A stretch of 64,000 bases of DNA from Waterburya sp. (GTDB taxonomy: Bacteria > Cyanobacteriota > Cyanobacteriia > Cyanobacteriales > Xenococcaceae), in the NCBI GenBank assembly GCA_965217895.1, contig CBDCJV010000002.1, positions 4,608,001-4,672,000 of the forward strand, written 5' to 3'. Made by a program: the position numbers and the translations under genes. The notes beneath the pieces are model-generated. The model was not told where the DNA came from. It did not search any database and saw only the letters and a list, made by a program, of their open reading frames with translations. This document shows positions 54,234 to 64,000 of this stretch, piece after piece. Within the stretch, counting starts at the first letter, position 1. Each line of letters opens with the position of its first letter.

Positions 54234-57200
54234 ATGAAACGGATTGTCTTGATTGCAGGATTTGAATCTTTTAATGCCAACCTCTATCGCCAGGCTGCAT
54301 CGATGGCTACTGCAAGATGCGCGGAATTAGAAGTAATTATCTTTAGCGATCGCGACATCACGACATCTCCTGATAAGGTAGAAACTGCGCTACAAACTGC
54401 CGATGTTTTCTTTGGTAGCTTGCTTTTTGATTACGACCAGGTAATGTGGTTAAGAGAAAGAGTTAAAAACATTCCTATCAGGTTGGTTTTTGAGTCGGCT
54501 TTAGAATTAATGAGTTTGACCCAGTTAGGGAAGTTTGCTATTGGCGATAAACCAAAGGGAATGCCCAAGCCTGTTAAGTTTATCCTCAGTAAGTTTGGCA
54601 ATGGCAAGGAAGAAGATAAGCTTGCTGGCTATATTAGCTTTTTGAAAACAGGACCTAAATTACTAAAATACATTCCTGGGAAAAAAGTACAGGATTTGCG
54701 TAACTGGTTGATTATTTACGGTTACTGGAATGCAGGAGGCACGGAGAATGTTGCTTCGATGTGTTGGACGCTAGCAGAAAAATATCTTGGTTTAACCGTT
54801 GGCGACATTCCTCAACCAGTTGAAACCCCCAACATGGGTTTACTGCATCCTGAATATCAGGGTTATTTTACATCCCCGCAGGATTATTTGAATTGGTACA
54901 ACAACCACGTAGGTGCTTTTCGCGCGACGCGAAGCGAGTCCTTTGGGGAAAAGCCCCTGCCGACAATTGGAATATTGTTGTATCGCAAGCACGTAATTAC
55001 CAAACAACCATACATTCCCCAGTTAATCAAACATTTTGCATCCCAGGGTTTGATTCCCTTACCTATATTCATCAACGGTGTAGAAGGTCATGTAGCGGTT
55101 AGAGACTGGATGACTACTACCTATGAACAAGAACAAAGACAGCAGGGCAATAAAGAAATCCTCTCGCTAAAAGATGATGCAGTAAAAGTCGATGCAATTG
55201 TTTCGACTATTGGCTTTCCCTTAGTGGGAGGGCCCGCAGGTTCTATGGAAGCAGGACGACAGGTAGAAGTTGCTAAACGAATACTTACTGCTAAGAACAT
55301 ACCTTATATAGTTGCTGCACCTTTACTCATTCAAGATATCCATTCCTGGACTCGTCAGGGTATTGGTGGTTTACAGAGTGTAGTTTTGTATTCCCTCCCA
55401 GAATTAGATGGTGCGATCGATACTATCCCTTTAGGTGGTTTAGTAGGAGAAGATATTTATCTTGTGCCTGAAAGACTTCATCGCCTCACTGGTAGAGTTA
55501 AAAAATGGATTGAGTTAAGACACGCACCTACCCCAGAGAGAAAGCTGGCAGTTATTCTCTATAATTTTCCCCCTGGCTATGGCGCAACGGGGACAGCAGC
55601 ATTATTAAATGTACCTAAGAGTTTATTAAACTTTCTTTATGCTTTAAAAGCCCAGGGTTACGATGTAGGAGAATTACCCGAAGATGGAGAAGAAATAATC
55701 AAGCAGGTAAAAGAAGCCGATGAAAAACCTCTTTGCGCCTCTTGCTCGGTCAGCATTCCCTTGCGCCTGACGGCGACGCGGGGTCTGACCGCTTTGCGCG
55801 AGACAAAAGTAAATGTTCGCACCTTAGAAAAATGGTTAGGTTATCTACAAACAAATAGAGTCGAAAAGCAGTGGAAATCTCTTACAGGTACGGGAATAAA
55901 AACCTATGGCGACGAATTTCAGCTTGGAGGTATTCAATTAGGCAATGTTTGGATAGGAGTACAGCCACCATTAGGCATAGCAGGAGATCCTATGCGGTTG
56001 ATGTTTGAAAAAGATTTAACTCCCCATCCCCAATACACGGCTTTTTATAAATGGTTGCAAAACGAATATCAGGCTGATGCGGTAGTTCACTTTGGGATGC
56101 ACGGCACAGTAGAATGGCTTCCTGGTTCACCTTTGGGCAATACGGGTTATTCGTGGTCAGATATTTTGTTAGGTAATATTCCCAATTTATATATCTATGC
56201 AGCCAATAATCCCTCAGAATCAATTTTGGCAAAACGTCGCGGTTATGGCGTTTTAGTTTCTCATAATGTTCCTCCTTATGGCCGCGCTGGTTTATATAAG
56301 GAATTAATTGCCCTGCGGGAATTGATTGGAGAGTATCGAGAAGACACTGAAAAGAATTATGCTTTGAGAGATATTATCTGTCAGAAGATTGTTGATGCTG
56401 GTTTGGAAAAGGATTGCAAGTTTACCGAGGGTTTAAAACAAGGAATTAGTTTTACTGTCGAGAACGGGAAGTTATTTAGCAAAAATGTAATCAATCAATA
56501 TTTTGTTCAGGTATATGAATACTTGCAGGTATTGGAACAGCGTTTGTTTTCTTCTGGGCTGCACGTTTTAGGGGAAAAGCCTAGTAAAGAAGAGTTGAGG
56601 TCGTATTTGGAGGCGTATTTTGACGGAGAGTTGTCGGAGAGTGAGATTGATGGGATTTTCTCGCGCAGAGACGCAAAGACGCAAAGAGTTTTGGAGAATG
56701 ATTCGGTCTTAGTTCACAGGTTAGAAGAGGGGGAGAGAATTAGAGACTTGTTGGTGCAGAATACGGATGAAATAACTAACCTGTTGCGGGGTTTGAACGG
56801 GGAATATATTCCTCCTGCGCCTGGAGGAGATTTATTACGGGACGGTAGCGGTGTGTTACCTACTGGTAGAAATATCCATGCTTTAGATCCTTATCGGATG
56901 CCTTCTCCTGCTGCTTATGAACGAGGAAAAGAGATTGCTAAAAAGATTCTTCAGCAGAATTTAGAGGAAAAAGGTGCTTATCCTGAAACTGTAGCGGTCA
57001 TGTTGTGGGGATTGGATTCAATTAAAACTAAAGGAGAATCTTTAGGTATTTTATTAGAGTTAGTCGGTGCTGAACCTGTTAAGGAGGGTACTGGGAGGAT
57101 TGTCCGCTATGAATTGATCCCTTTAGAAAAATTAGGACATCCTCGCATTGATGTTTTAGCTAACCTGTCGGGTATCTTCCGCGATACTTTTGTCAATATT

Positions 57201-58037
57201 ATTGAATTGCTAGATGATTTATTTCGACGGGCAGCAGAAGCTGAAGAATCGGCAGATAATAACTATATCCGCAAGCATTGTTTGACATTAAAAGCCCAGG
57301 GTGTAGACAACGCTAGTGCCAGAATGTTTTCTAATCCTGCTGGTGATTTTGGTTCTTTAGTTAACGACCAAGTGGTAGATAGTAATTGGGAATCTAGTGA
57401 TGAACTGGCAGATACCTGGAAAAACCGTAATGTGTTTAGTTATGGACGCAAAGACAAAGGACAGGCTAGACCAGAAGTATTATCGCAGTTATTAGAGACA
57501 AACAGTCAAATTATCCAAGAAATCGACTCTGTTGAATACGGCTTAACAGATATCCAGGAGTACTATGGTAACACTGGCGGTTTAAAACTAGCAGCGGAAA
57601 AACAAAGCGGGAAAGAAGTAGAAACCTCATTTGTCGAAAGCTTCTCTAAAGATACCAACCCCCGCAAATTAAAAGATTTACTCCGCATGGAATACCGTAC
57701 CAAATTACTTAATCCTAAATGGGCAGAAGCGATGGCGGATCAAGGTTCTGGTGGTGCGTATGAAATCTCTCAACGCATGACGGCTTTAATCGGTTGGGGT
57801 GGCACAGCCAATTTTAAAGATGATTGGGTATACGACCAAGCAGTTGATACCTATGCTTTAGATGCAGAGATGGCACAAAAGTTACGAGATGCCAACCCTG
57901 AAGCCTTTCGTAATATTGTCGCACGATCGCTTGAAGCTCATGGACGAGGTTTATGGAATGCTGATGAAGAAAAATTGGAGAAACTGAGAGAATTATATGA
58001 GTCTATTGAGGATGAACTAGAAGGTGTAGTAGTGTAA
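54234..58037 (+). CDS. bchH: Magnesium chelatase subunit H (shorter cyanobacterial paralog type)
   Basis: STIGFPLVGGPA, PELDGAI, HFGMHGTVEWLPG, NNPSES, LPTGRNIHALDP, KLLNPKW. Confidence 0.95.
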   Translation: MKRIVLIAGFESFNANLYRQAASMATARCAELEVIIFSDRDITTSPDKVETALQTADVFFGSLLFDYDQVMWLRERVKNIPIRLVFESALELMSLTQLGKFAIGDKPKGMPKPVKFILSKFGNGKEEDKLAGYISFLKTGPKLLKYIPGKKVQDLRNWLIIYGYWNAGGTENVASMCWTLAEKYLGLTVGDIPQPVETPNMGLLHPEYQGYFTSPQDYLNWYNNHVGAFRATRSESFGEKPLPTIGILLYRKHVITKQPYIPQLIKHFASQGLIPLPIFINGVEGHVAVRDWMTTTYEQEQRQQGNKEILSLKDDAVKVDAIVSTIGFPLVGGPAGSMEAGRQVEVAKRILTAKNIPYIVAAPLLIQDIHSWTRQGIGGLQSVVLYSLPELDGAIDTIPLGGLVGEDIYLVPERLHRLTGRVKKWIELRHAPTPERKLAVILYNFPPGYGATGTAALLNVPKSLLNFLYALKAQGYDVGELPEDGEEIIKQVKEADEKPLCASCSVSIPLRLTATRGLTALRETKVNVRTLEKWLGYLQTNRVEKQWKSLTGTGIKTYGDEFQLGGIQLGNVWIGVQPPLGIAGDPMRLMFEKDLTPHPQYTAFYKWLQNEYQADAVVHFGMHGTVEWLPGSPLGNTGYSWSDILLGNIPNLYIYAANNPSESILAKRRGYGVLVSHNVPPYGRAGLYKELIALRELIGEYREDTEKNYALRDIICQKIVDAGLEKDCKFTEGLKQGISFTVENGKLFSKNVINQYFVQVYEYLQVLEQRLFSSGLHVLGEKPSKEELRSYLEAYFDGELSESEIDGIFSRRDAKTQRVLENDSVLVHRLEEGERIRDLLVQNTDEITNLLRGLNGEYIPPAPGGDLLRDGSGVLPTGRNIHALDPYRMPSPAAYERGKEIAKKILQQNLEEKGAYPETVAVMLWGLDSIKTKGESLGILLELVGAEPVKEGTGRIVRYELIPLEKLGHPRIDVLANLSGIFRDTFVNIIELLDDLFRRAAEAEESADNNYIRKHCLTLKAQGVDNASARMFSNPAGDFGSLVNDQVVDSNWESSDELADTWKNRNVFSYGRKDKGQARPEVLSQLLETNSQIIQEIDSVEYGLTDIQEYYGNTGGLKLAAEKQSGKEVETSFVESFSKDTNPRKLKDLLRMEYRTKLLNPKWAEAMADQGSGGAYEISQRMTALIGWGGTANFKDDWVYDQAVDTYALDAEMAQKLRDANPEAFRNIVARSLEAHGRGLWNADEEKLEKLRELYESIEDELEGVVV

Positions 58038-58117
58038 ATAACGTTTACATCATTTCCATACAATTGTACTATTATCCTACAGTATTAGAATTGGAGTATA
58101 AATAATTTGATGTCTAA

Positions 58118-58666
58118 ATGGAGAAAAATATCAAGCTGTTGCGAGTCAAAGATGATATGGCTGTTGATGCAAAATTATCAACATTAACAGACAAGCATTT
58201 AGATGACTTTGAAACGTTCTGGAAATCCAGATTGCAAGCTTCTAACGAAGAAGACGGGCATTGGAATTGGATAAAAAAAAATCAATTCACTTTATTTTCC
58301 TCCGATTATGAAAAGTATGCAGTTGAATGCGAACAAATTACTCAAGGATTAATGATGCTTGAAGTAAGTAACTACTACTCTAGAAATAATCCTCAGCAAA
58401 AAATAATCTATGTTGATTTCTTATCAACAGCACCTTGGAATCGGATTTCTCTCAAAAATCCTCCAGACTACAAAGGCGTAGGATTAACTTTATTATCTTT
58501 TGCAAAACAAAGAAGCAAACAACTTGGATATGAAGGAAGAGTCGGGTTACACGCGCTACCCAAAGCAGAAAACTTTTACAAGAGAAGAGGAATGATTAAT
58601 TTTGGCTTTGATACAGAAAAAGAGGACTTAATTTATTTTGAATGGCTAAAAGTTTCGGCAGAATAA
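58118..58666 (+). CDS. GNAT family N-acetyltransferase
   Basis: YVDFLSTAPWNR, YKGVG..LL, GRVGLHALP.A..FY...GM. Confidence 0.85.
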   Translation: MEKNIKLLRVKDDMAVDAKLSTLTDKHLDDFETFWKSRLQASNEEDGHWNWIKKNQFTLFSSDYEKYAVECEQITQGLMMLEVSNYYSRNNPQQKIIYVDFLSTAPWNRISLKNPPDYKGVGLTLLSFAKQRSKQLGYEGRVGLHALPKAENFYKRRGMINFGFDTEKEDLIYFEWLKVSAE

Positions 58667-58711
58667 ATTTTTATTTTAAGTTTGTTACTTTAAGTTTGGA
58701 GAAGCAAAATA

Positions 58712-58993
58712 ATGACACATATAAAATTTGACGAAAAATGGTTAAGAGAAGCAGTCACAATGGAAGATGAGGCTGATTGCGACATTCATGCTGGATTAGA
58801 ATTAGGGCAAAACTTAGGCGAATATGTTAAAAATGCGAAGAGCTATATTAATCGTCAAAAGCTTATTTCAGTTCTGAAAGATGGATTTGACGAAGTTTTA
58901 TCCCCAACAGACATTGAAGAAATAGCAGACGAGTTACAAAAAGAAGCCCAAGAAAAAGCTAGAAAAATAATTCAAGCAAAAAAAACTGCATGA
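58712..58993 (+). CDS. Small acidic hypothetical protein
   Basis: GGAGA RBS, 93 aa, co-oriented between GNAT and the next ORF. Confidence 0.7.
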   Translation: MTHIKFDEKWLREAVTMEDEADCDIHAGLELGQNLGEYVKNAKSYINRQKLISVLKDGFDEVLSPTDIEEIADELQKEAQEKARKIIQAKKTA

Positions 58994-59003
58994 AATAAAA
59001 ATT

Positions 59004-59528
59004 ATGTCTGAAAAGAGTCGTTTAAGCCAGCCTGTTTCCCTTAGCCAAGCCAAAAAAATTCGTCGAGACAATCAAAACAATAACAAAATTGAAGTTTCAG
59101 AAGCAAGACTCAGGACAATTATGTCTGAAGTTGTCAATGCAGAAGTCTCTTCAAAAATAGTAAGACTTGAAAATAGCATTAATAGAATGGTTTCTCAATT
59201 TGAAGGAGTAAAAAATGGAAACTCTAATGATGCTGCCCTAAGAATAACAACTGACAGTGACGCTTCTGATTTAGCTCTAGTTAATGTCAATTTGCCTAAA
59301 GAAGAATTATATCCATATACCTGTGGAATTCTTGCAGATAAACTAGATCTACATAAGCATGACGTTGTTCAAATGATCAAAAAGTTCAATTTGAGAAATG
59401 ATGATAAATATCATTGCTCTTTTAAAACAGGTATTAAAAGCGAAGTACAGAAATGGTCTGAAGCTGCATATAAAAGATTGGAAAATGCTTTGGATTCAGA
59501 AGAATATCCTCGACCTATTATTAATTAA
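59004..59528 (+). CDS. Hypothetical protein with possible C-terminal winged-helix-like domain
   Basis: 174 aa, 10 bp after the previous stop; YPYT...LADKL...VQMIKKFNL..D.KYH. Confidence 0.7.
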   Translation: MSEKSRLSQPVSLSQAKKIRRDNQNNNKIEVSEARLRTIMSEVVNAEVSSKIVRLENSINRMVSQFEGVKNGNSNDAALRITTDSDASDLALVNVNLPKEELYPYTCGILADKLDLHKHDVVQMIKKFNLRNDDKYHCSFKTGIKSEVQKWSEAAYKRLENALDSEEYPRPIIN

Positions 59529-59681
59529 ATTACTATTACTGGTTTAAAATTAGCAATTATTGAAACTCAAACTACTAAAAAAGTTGCAGAAATTCAGAGA
59601 GTTATATAAGTCTACTGAAGATGAGTCAGAAGAAGTTACAGTATAAAAATTAGTTTCAGCTTACTTTTAACTAGATAATTT

Positions 59682-60377
59682 TTAAATTGTCTCAGCGAAA
59701 CGTAACGCAGCCAAATCTAATGATAATAGCTGTTCATAGGCGTTATCGATGTAACCCATCCCCCGTAAATAACCTGTATTTGCGCCTGGTAAAATATATT
59801 TAAGGGTATTTTGATCAAGGCGATCGCGTAATTTAGCGATATTATCTAACTGTCGCCACCAATGAAAAGTTTTAGCAGTGCGAAGAGGAGCAATTTCTGT
59901 TGGAGATTTTGGTAGTAAATGTCTGCCAGAAAATAGAACGCCCCCATGTTGAGAATAGTAAAGACAAGATGAGCCAGGAGAATGTCCAGAAGTCCAAATA
60001 AGCTCTAAATCTGGGCTTATAGTTAAATTATCAGCAAAAGAGACAACTTTGATTTCTGGTAGCAAATAAGCCTCCTGTTCTTGTACTGTTACCTGACAAT
60101 TCAACTCTTGCTGTATCTGCATAATGCTCTTGCTAATTCCCCCTCGATGGGTAATGATTAGGTGTTTAATTCCGCCTTGAGACTGTAAAAATTTTGGATT
60201 AACTTCATTCCAAGCAGGACAATCGAGGAGAATATTGCCACTTTTATCTACAATTAAATAAGAGGTAGCACCTAAAGTGTCTCTATTAGGCGAAAACGCA
60301 AATATCCCTGGCAAAATAAGACGAGGAGATTTGGCGTTACCAAGGCTTGCAGTAATTTCTGTAGAGTTTTGGGGCAT
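59682..60377 (-). CDS. MBL-fold metallo-hydrolase
   Basis: PNRDTLGATSY, ITHRG, GHSPGSSC, LFSGRHL, PGANTG. Confidence 0.85.
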   Translation of the reverse strand: MPQNSTEITASLGNAKSPRLILPGIFAFSPNRDTLGATSYLIVDKSGNILLDCPAWNEVNPKFLQSQGGIKHLIITHRGGISKSIMQIQQELNCQVTVQEQEAYLLPEIKVVSFADNLTISPDLELIWTSGHSPGSSCLYYSQHGGVLFSGRHLLPKSPTEIAPLRTAKTFHWWRQLDNIAKLRDRLDQNTLKYILPGANTGYLRGMGYIDNAYEQLLSLDLAALRFAETI

Positions 60378-60505
60378 TCTAGAAAATAAGGTGCTATAAA
60401 TAATTGCCTAATGGCATCTTCTTTTTATATTTATATACTTAAATCCACAGTCCAAAATAGTTTTTTGAGCAAAGAATCCCCCATATAGATTCGGAACACT
60501 TTTTT

Positions 60506-62005
60506 ATGAAATTCTGGTTAATATTAGTTGTCCTCAGTCCAATTACTTATCTGCTCGTTGATCGCAGCCTCAAAAACAAGACTACAGCACCAGTATGGTT
60601 ATGTTGGCTGATCATCATGACGCCATCCTGTATTTGGACGATTTGGACTTATATTTTTGGGGAAGAACAGCCTTTGCCCATACCAGTACTTTTATTTCCT
60701 CTGATTATATGTCCCTTGCTGTACGGATGGCTAGTTCAGAGAGGAAGAATAGACAAACCAAAAGATGCTAAAGATTCTGTTGAAAAAAGTAACAATAAAA
60801 ATATAGCGATGGCTCAACCTACTGCAAAAACTACCACGCCTCGCCCAATCGATCAAACCGAAGAAACTGCTCTACGCAACTGTTTTCCTTGGAACGTTTA
60901 TTATTTACAAAATATTGATTATCGCCCTCAAGCAATTTTCTGTCGGGGAAAGCTCAAGACTATTCCTGAGAAAGCTTACTACGAAATAAAAAATAACGTC
61001 GAAAAAGCTTTTGGCGATCGCTTTTTTCTAATTTTTCAAGAGAGTTTTAAAGGCAAACCGTTTTTTGCCCTTGTGCCTAATCCTCAGGCAAAGGCAGAAG
61101 AAGAAAAAGAGGTGAAAAGCGATCGACGGGTGGTGTTTGCCTTGGTAATGTTTGTGATTACTCTAATTACTAGCACCGTCGCTGGAGCTACCATTAATGG
61201 CACTTCTTCAGAAAAACTGCTGTCTAATTTCAGCTTAGTAATACCAGGATTATTTTATAGCTTGCCTTTGCTATTGATTATTGCCGTACAAAAGTTTAGT
61301 AATTATTTTGTAGCTGCTTACTATAAAGTTCGTACCACCCTGCCTTACTTTATTCCTTTTCCTTTTTTACTAGATAGTTTTTCTTTAGGGACTTTGGGAG
61401 CAATTTTACAGAGGAAGTCCCCTATTCCCCATCGCAAAGCCTTATTTGATATCGCCATTGTTGGATCTTTATTAGGATTATTGGTGGTCATTCCCACTTT
61501 AATCTGGGGTTTATCTCTTTCTAGCGTTGTTCCTCTAGACAAATCATCCATATTCAACATTCAAGCTCAAGATCCGCGCTTATCTTTTCTACTTAGTCTC
61601 TTAGCCAAATTAGCTTTAGGCTCTTCTCTAACGGCAAAAATGGGAATTGAACTACATCCTCTAGCAGTAGCAGGTTGTGTCGGCTTGTTTCTTACCGCAG
61701 TTAATTTGATGCCAATTGGACAGCTAGATGGAGGTCATATTGTTCACGCTGTATTTGGACAAAAAATGGCGATCGCCATCGGACAAATCACCCGTATTCT
61801 AGCTTTATTATTTGCCTTGATCCATCCTTATTTTTGGATTTGGACAATTGTAATGTGGTTAATTCCCTTAATCGATCAACCTGCTCTTAATGATGTGACC
61901 GAGCTTGATAATAAACGAGATTTCTTAGGTTTATTAGCTTTAGCCTTGTTAATCGTAATTGTATTACCGCTTCCTGAGGCGATCGGTAGCTGGTTAAATA
62001 TTTAG
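60506..62005 (+). CDS. Site-2 protease (M50) family protein lacking HExxH
   Basis: LPYFIP, GTLGA, RKALFDIA, NLMPIGQLDGGHI; QKFSN at the HExxH position. Confidence 0.85.
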   Translation: MKFWLILVVLSPITYLLVDRSLKNKTTAPVWLCWLIIMTPSCIWTIWTYIFGEEQPLPIPVLLFPLIICPLLYGWLVQRGRIDKPKDAKDSVEKSNNKNIAMAQPTAKTTTPRPIDQTEETALRNCFPWNVYYLQNIDYRPQAIFCRGKLKTIPEKAYYEIKNNVEKAFGDRFFLIFQESFKGKPFFALVPNPQAKAEEEKEVKSDRRVVFALVMFVITLITSTVAGATINGTSSEKLLSNFSLVIPGLFYSLPLLLIIAVQKFSNYFVAAYYKVRTTLPYFIPFPFLLDSFSLGTLGAILQRKSPIPHRKALFDIAIVGSLLGLLVVIPTLIWGLSLSSVVPLDKSSIFNIQAQDPRLSFLLSLLAKLALGSSLTAKMGIELHPLAVAGCVGLFLTAVNLMPIGQLDGGHIVHAVFGQKMAIAIGQITRILALLFALIHPYFWIWTIVMWLIPLIDQPALNDVTELDNKRDFLGLLALALLIVIVLPLPEAIGSWLNI

Positions 62006-62092
62006 CAATTCAAGTTAATCATCATGGCAAATTGCTTTTGTATTGGCTGGCGATCGCTATAATATCGATATTGGTTAATATTTGCGCAAAAT

Positions 62093-62126
62093 TAAACCCA
62101 GTCAGATAGTTTTCTGGCTGGGTTTA
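62093..62126. terminator. Hairpin between convergent genes
   Basis: TAAACCCAGTCAGA-loop-TCTGGCTGGGTTTA. Confidence 0.7.
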
Positions 62127-62149
62127 AATCTTCAAGATTATTTTAATGC

Positions 62150-64000
62150 TTAAGCGTCAATTACTATTGAACTCACAGGCTTAGAGCAACAGGTTAAAAT
62201 TTTTCCAGGTTCTAAATCACTGAGGGCATCATAATCCTGTTCATAAGTTACTTCTCCCTTTAAAACTGTTGCGGTGCAGGTGCCACAAGTGCCGGCACGA
62301 CAGCTACTTTCAATTTCTAAGCCTACTTTTTCGGCTGCTTCTAAGATGTATTCACCGTCAGAACAAGCTGCTTCTTTCCAAGAGTTAGCAAAAAATACTT
62401 TGGTAGTTGTACTATTTGTGTTATTTGCTGGCGATTTTTCTGGGTCAGACTTTGGTGTTTCTACTGTAGGCAAAGGTTCTTCGATAACTACACCATCTTT
62501 GAGCTTGGCATCAAACTTTTCAATTAATAAACTTCGCAACGTGGTTTTGAGATCTTCGCAGGCAACACCTTTATTGATTTCTGTTCCTAATTCTGCACCA
62601 TGACCAACCTTGCCTCCCGTAAATATTTTTGCTCCTTCTACAGCTTTACCGTCTTTACGTACCTTAGTCCCCATTAAGCCAATATCCCCTGCTTGAGGCT
62701 GTCCACAAGAGTTGGGGCATCCTGTCCAATGAAGACGTACACGGTTAGGTATCTCTAATTCGCGATCGAGTTCTTGAGCTAGTTTTAAGGCTCTTTGCTT
62801 AGTCTCAATTAAAGCAAAATTACAGTAACGCGCTCCTGTACAGGAAATAACTGAGCGAGTAAGAGTACTAGGACTAATCGTAAACTTTTCTAATAAAGGT
62901 TCACTTAAAAAAGTCTCGACATTTTCATTAGCAATGTGAGGAATAATGGCGTTTTGTTCTACCGTCAAGCGAATTTCACCATTACCGTATACCTCAGCTA
63001 ATCTGGCTAACTCAAACATGGGTTCAGCAGTTAATCGCCCCATAGGAACGTGCAAACCAACATAGCTGTAGCCTTCTTGCTTTTGAGGATGTACTCCTAA
63101 ATGATCTTTCTTATCTTGGGTAATTTCGTCTTCGGATGCAGCATCAGCTAGGGGTTTACCAAATTCTTTGGCTATCTCTGCACGAAACTTTTCCATTCCC
63201 CAAGTTTCGATCAGCCACATCATACGGGCTTTAGGGCGACTAGCTCTTAGACCTTCTTTACCGCCGTTTTCGGTGTAGACAGTTAATACGGCGCGGGAAA
63301 ATTCCACCACATCATCATCATTTGCAGGTATCCAAACTCCCATAGGAATCGATTCAGCGCAGCGTTGAGCGGAAAGATATCCTCCTACCAAGACGTTAAA
63401 GCCCAAAACACCATCTTTATAGGCTGGAATAAAGGCTAAATCATTTAATTCTGCATGAATGGAATTATCTCTGCCACCTTCGATCGCAATATTAAATTTA
63501 CGGGGTAAATTGCTAAAAGAATAGTTACCCTCGCCACTGTTAGTAATCATATCCTGAACCTTTTGGTTCATGGTGCGAGTATCAACTAATTCATCGGGAT
63601 CGATTCCTGCTGTGGGCGAACCTGTTAGATTGCGGACATTATCCATCCCCGACTGGATGCTGGTTAGACTTACTTCTTTAAACTTACTAAAAATATCAGG
63701 AATATCTTCTAGTCTTACCCCGCGCAGCTGTATATTTTGACGAGTGGTAATATCTGCTGTACCTTCGTCACCATAGCGTTCAATTGCACCAGCCAATACT
63801 CGCATTTGCTCACTGGTAACAAAGCCATTGGGAACGCGCATCCGCACCATAAACTGTCCTGGCGTAACAGGACGATAAAAAATCCCTAACCATTTAAGGC
63901 GTGTTTCTAAATCCGTTTTATCAACTGCCTCCCAGCCAATTTTGGCAAAATGCTCTAGCTCACCCTTTACATCTAGCCCGTCTTTAGCTGCTTTGGCTTT
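62150..64000 (-). CDS. nirA: Ferredoxin-nitrite reductase with C-terminal [2Fe-2S] ferredoxin domain; 5' end outside the window
   Basis: Frame open to the window edge (KDGLDVK..LKWLGIF); TTRQNIQ, NLPRKFN, CTGARYC, TGCPNSCGQ; tail CRAGTCGTC...LTCC. Confidence 0.95.
   Translation of the reverse strand, partial: KAKAAKDGLDVKGELEHFAKIGWEAVDKTDLETRLKWLGIFYRPVTPGQFMVRMRVPNGFVTSEQMRVLAGAIERYGDEGTADITTRQNIQLRGVRLEDIPDIFSKFKEVSLTSIQSGMDNVRNLTGSPTAGIDPDELVDTRTMNQKVQDMITNSGEGNYSFSNLPRKFNIAIEGGRDNSIHAELNDLAFIPAYKDGVLGFNVLVGGYLSAQRCAESIPMGVWIPANDDDVVEFSRAVLTVYTENGGKEGLRASRPKARMMWLIETWGMEKFRAEIAKEFGKPLADAASEDEITQDKKDHLGVHPQKQEGYSYVGLHVPMGRLTAEPMFELARLAEVYGNGEIRLTVEQNAIIPHIANENVETFLSEPLLEKFTISPSTLTRSVISCTGARYCNFALIETKQRALKLAQELDRELEIPNRVRLHWTGCPNSCGQPQAGDIGLMGTKVRKDGKAVEGAKIFTGGKVGHGAELGTEINKGVACEDLKTTLRSLLIEKFDAKLKDGVVIEEPLPTVETPKSDPEKSPANNTNSTTTKVFFANSWKEAACSDGEYILEAAEKVGLEIESSCRAGTCGTCTATVLKGEVTYEQDYDALSDLEPGKILTCCSKPVSSIVIDA

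Noticed and set aside
58065..58080. LexA or NtcA site before the GNAT gene
   Set aside because: TGTACTATTATCCT has three mismatches to the LexA box, and the GTA...TAC spacing is 9, not 8.

Overview
AT-rich cyanobacterial chromosomal window: HIP1 GCGATCGC is very frequent and psbB-psbT-nrdR-rpsA-HAD-metK synteny is present. It carries housekeeping genes (murD, metK, rpsA, nrdR, psbB/T, rnhA, lexA, tRNA-Pro, Mg-chelatase H, nirA), two metal ABC systems with recognisable ManR and Zur sites, a rearranged urease operon led by a urea-channel/EF-hand fusion, and a dense population of MITEs and nested GC-rich micro-repeats, some inserted in frame into genes. The most striking item is a CDP-alcohol phosphotransferase (22765-23424) that matches eukaryotic phosphatidylinositol synthase along its whole length. 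Other candidates are a three-gene GNAT module after bchH, a pair of paralogous unknown-domain/coiled-coil genes, structured micro-repeats with compensatory base changes, and several frameshifted or degenerate genes. All family calls come from motif recognition by eye; no database searches were run.
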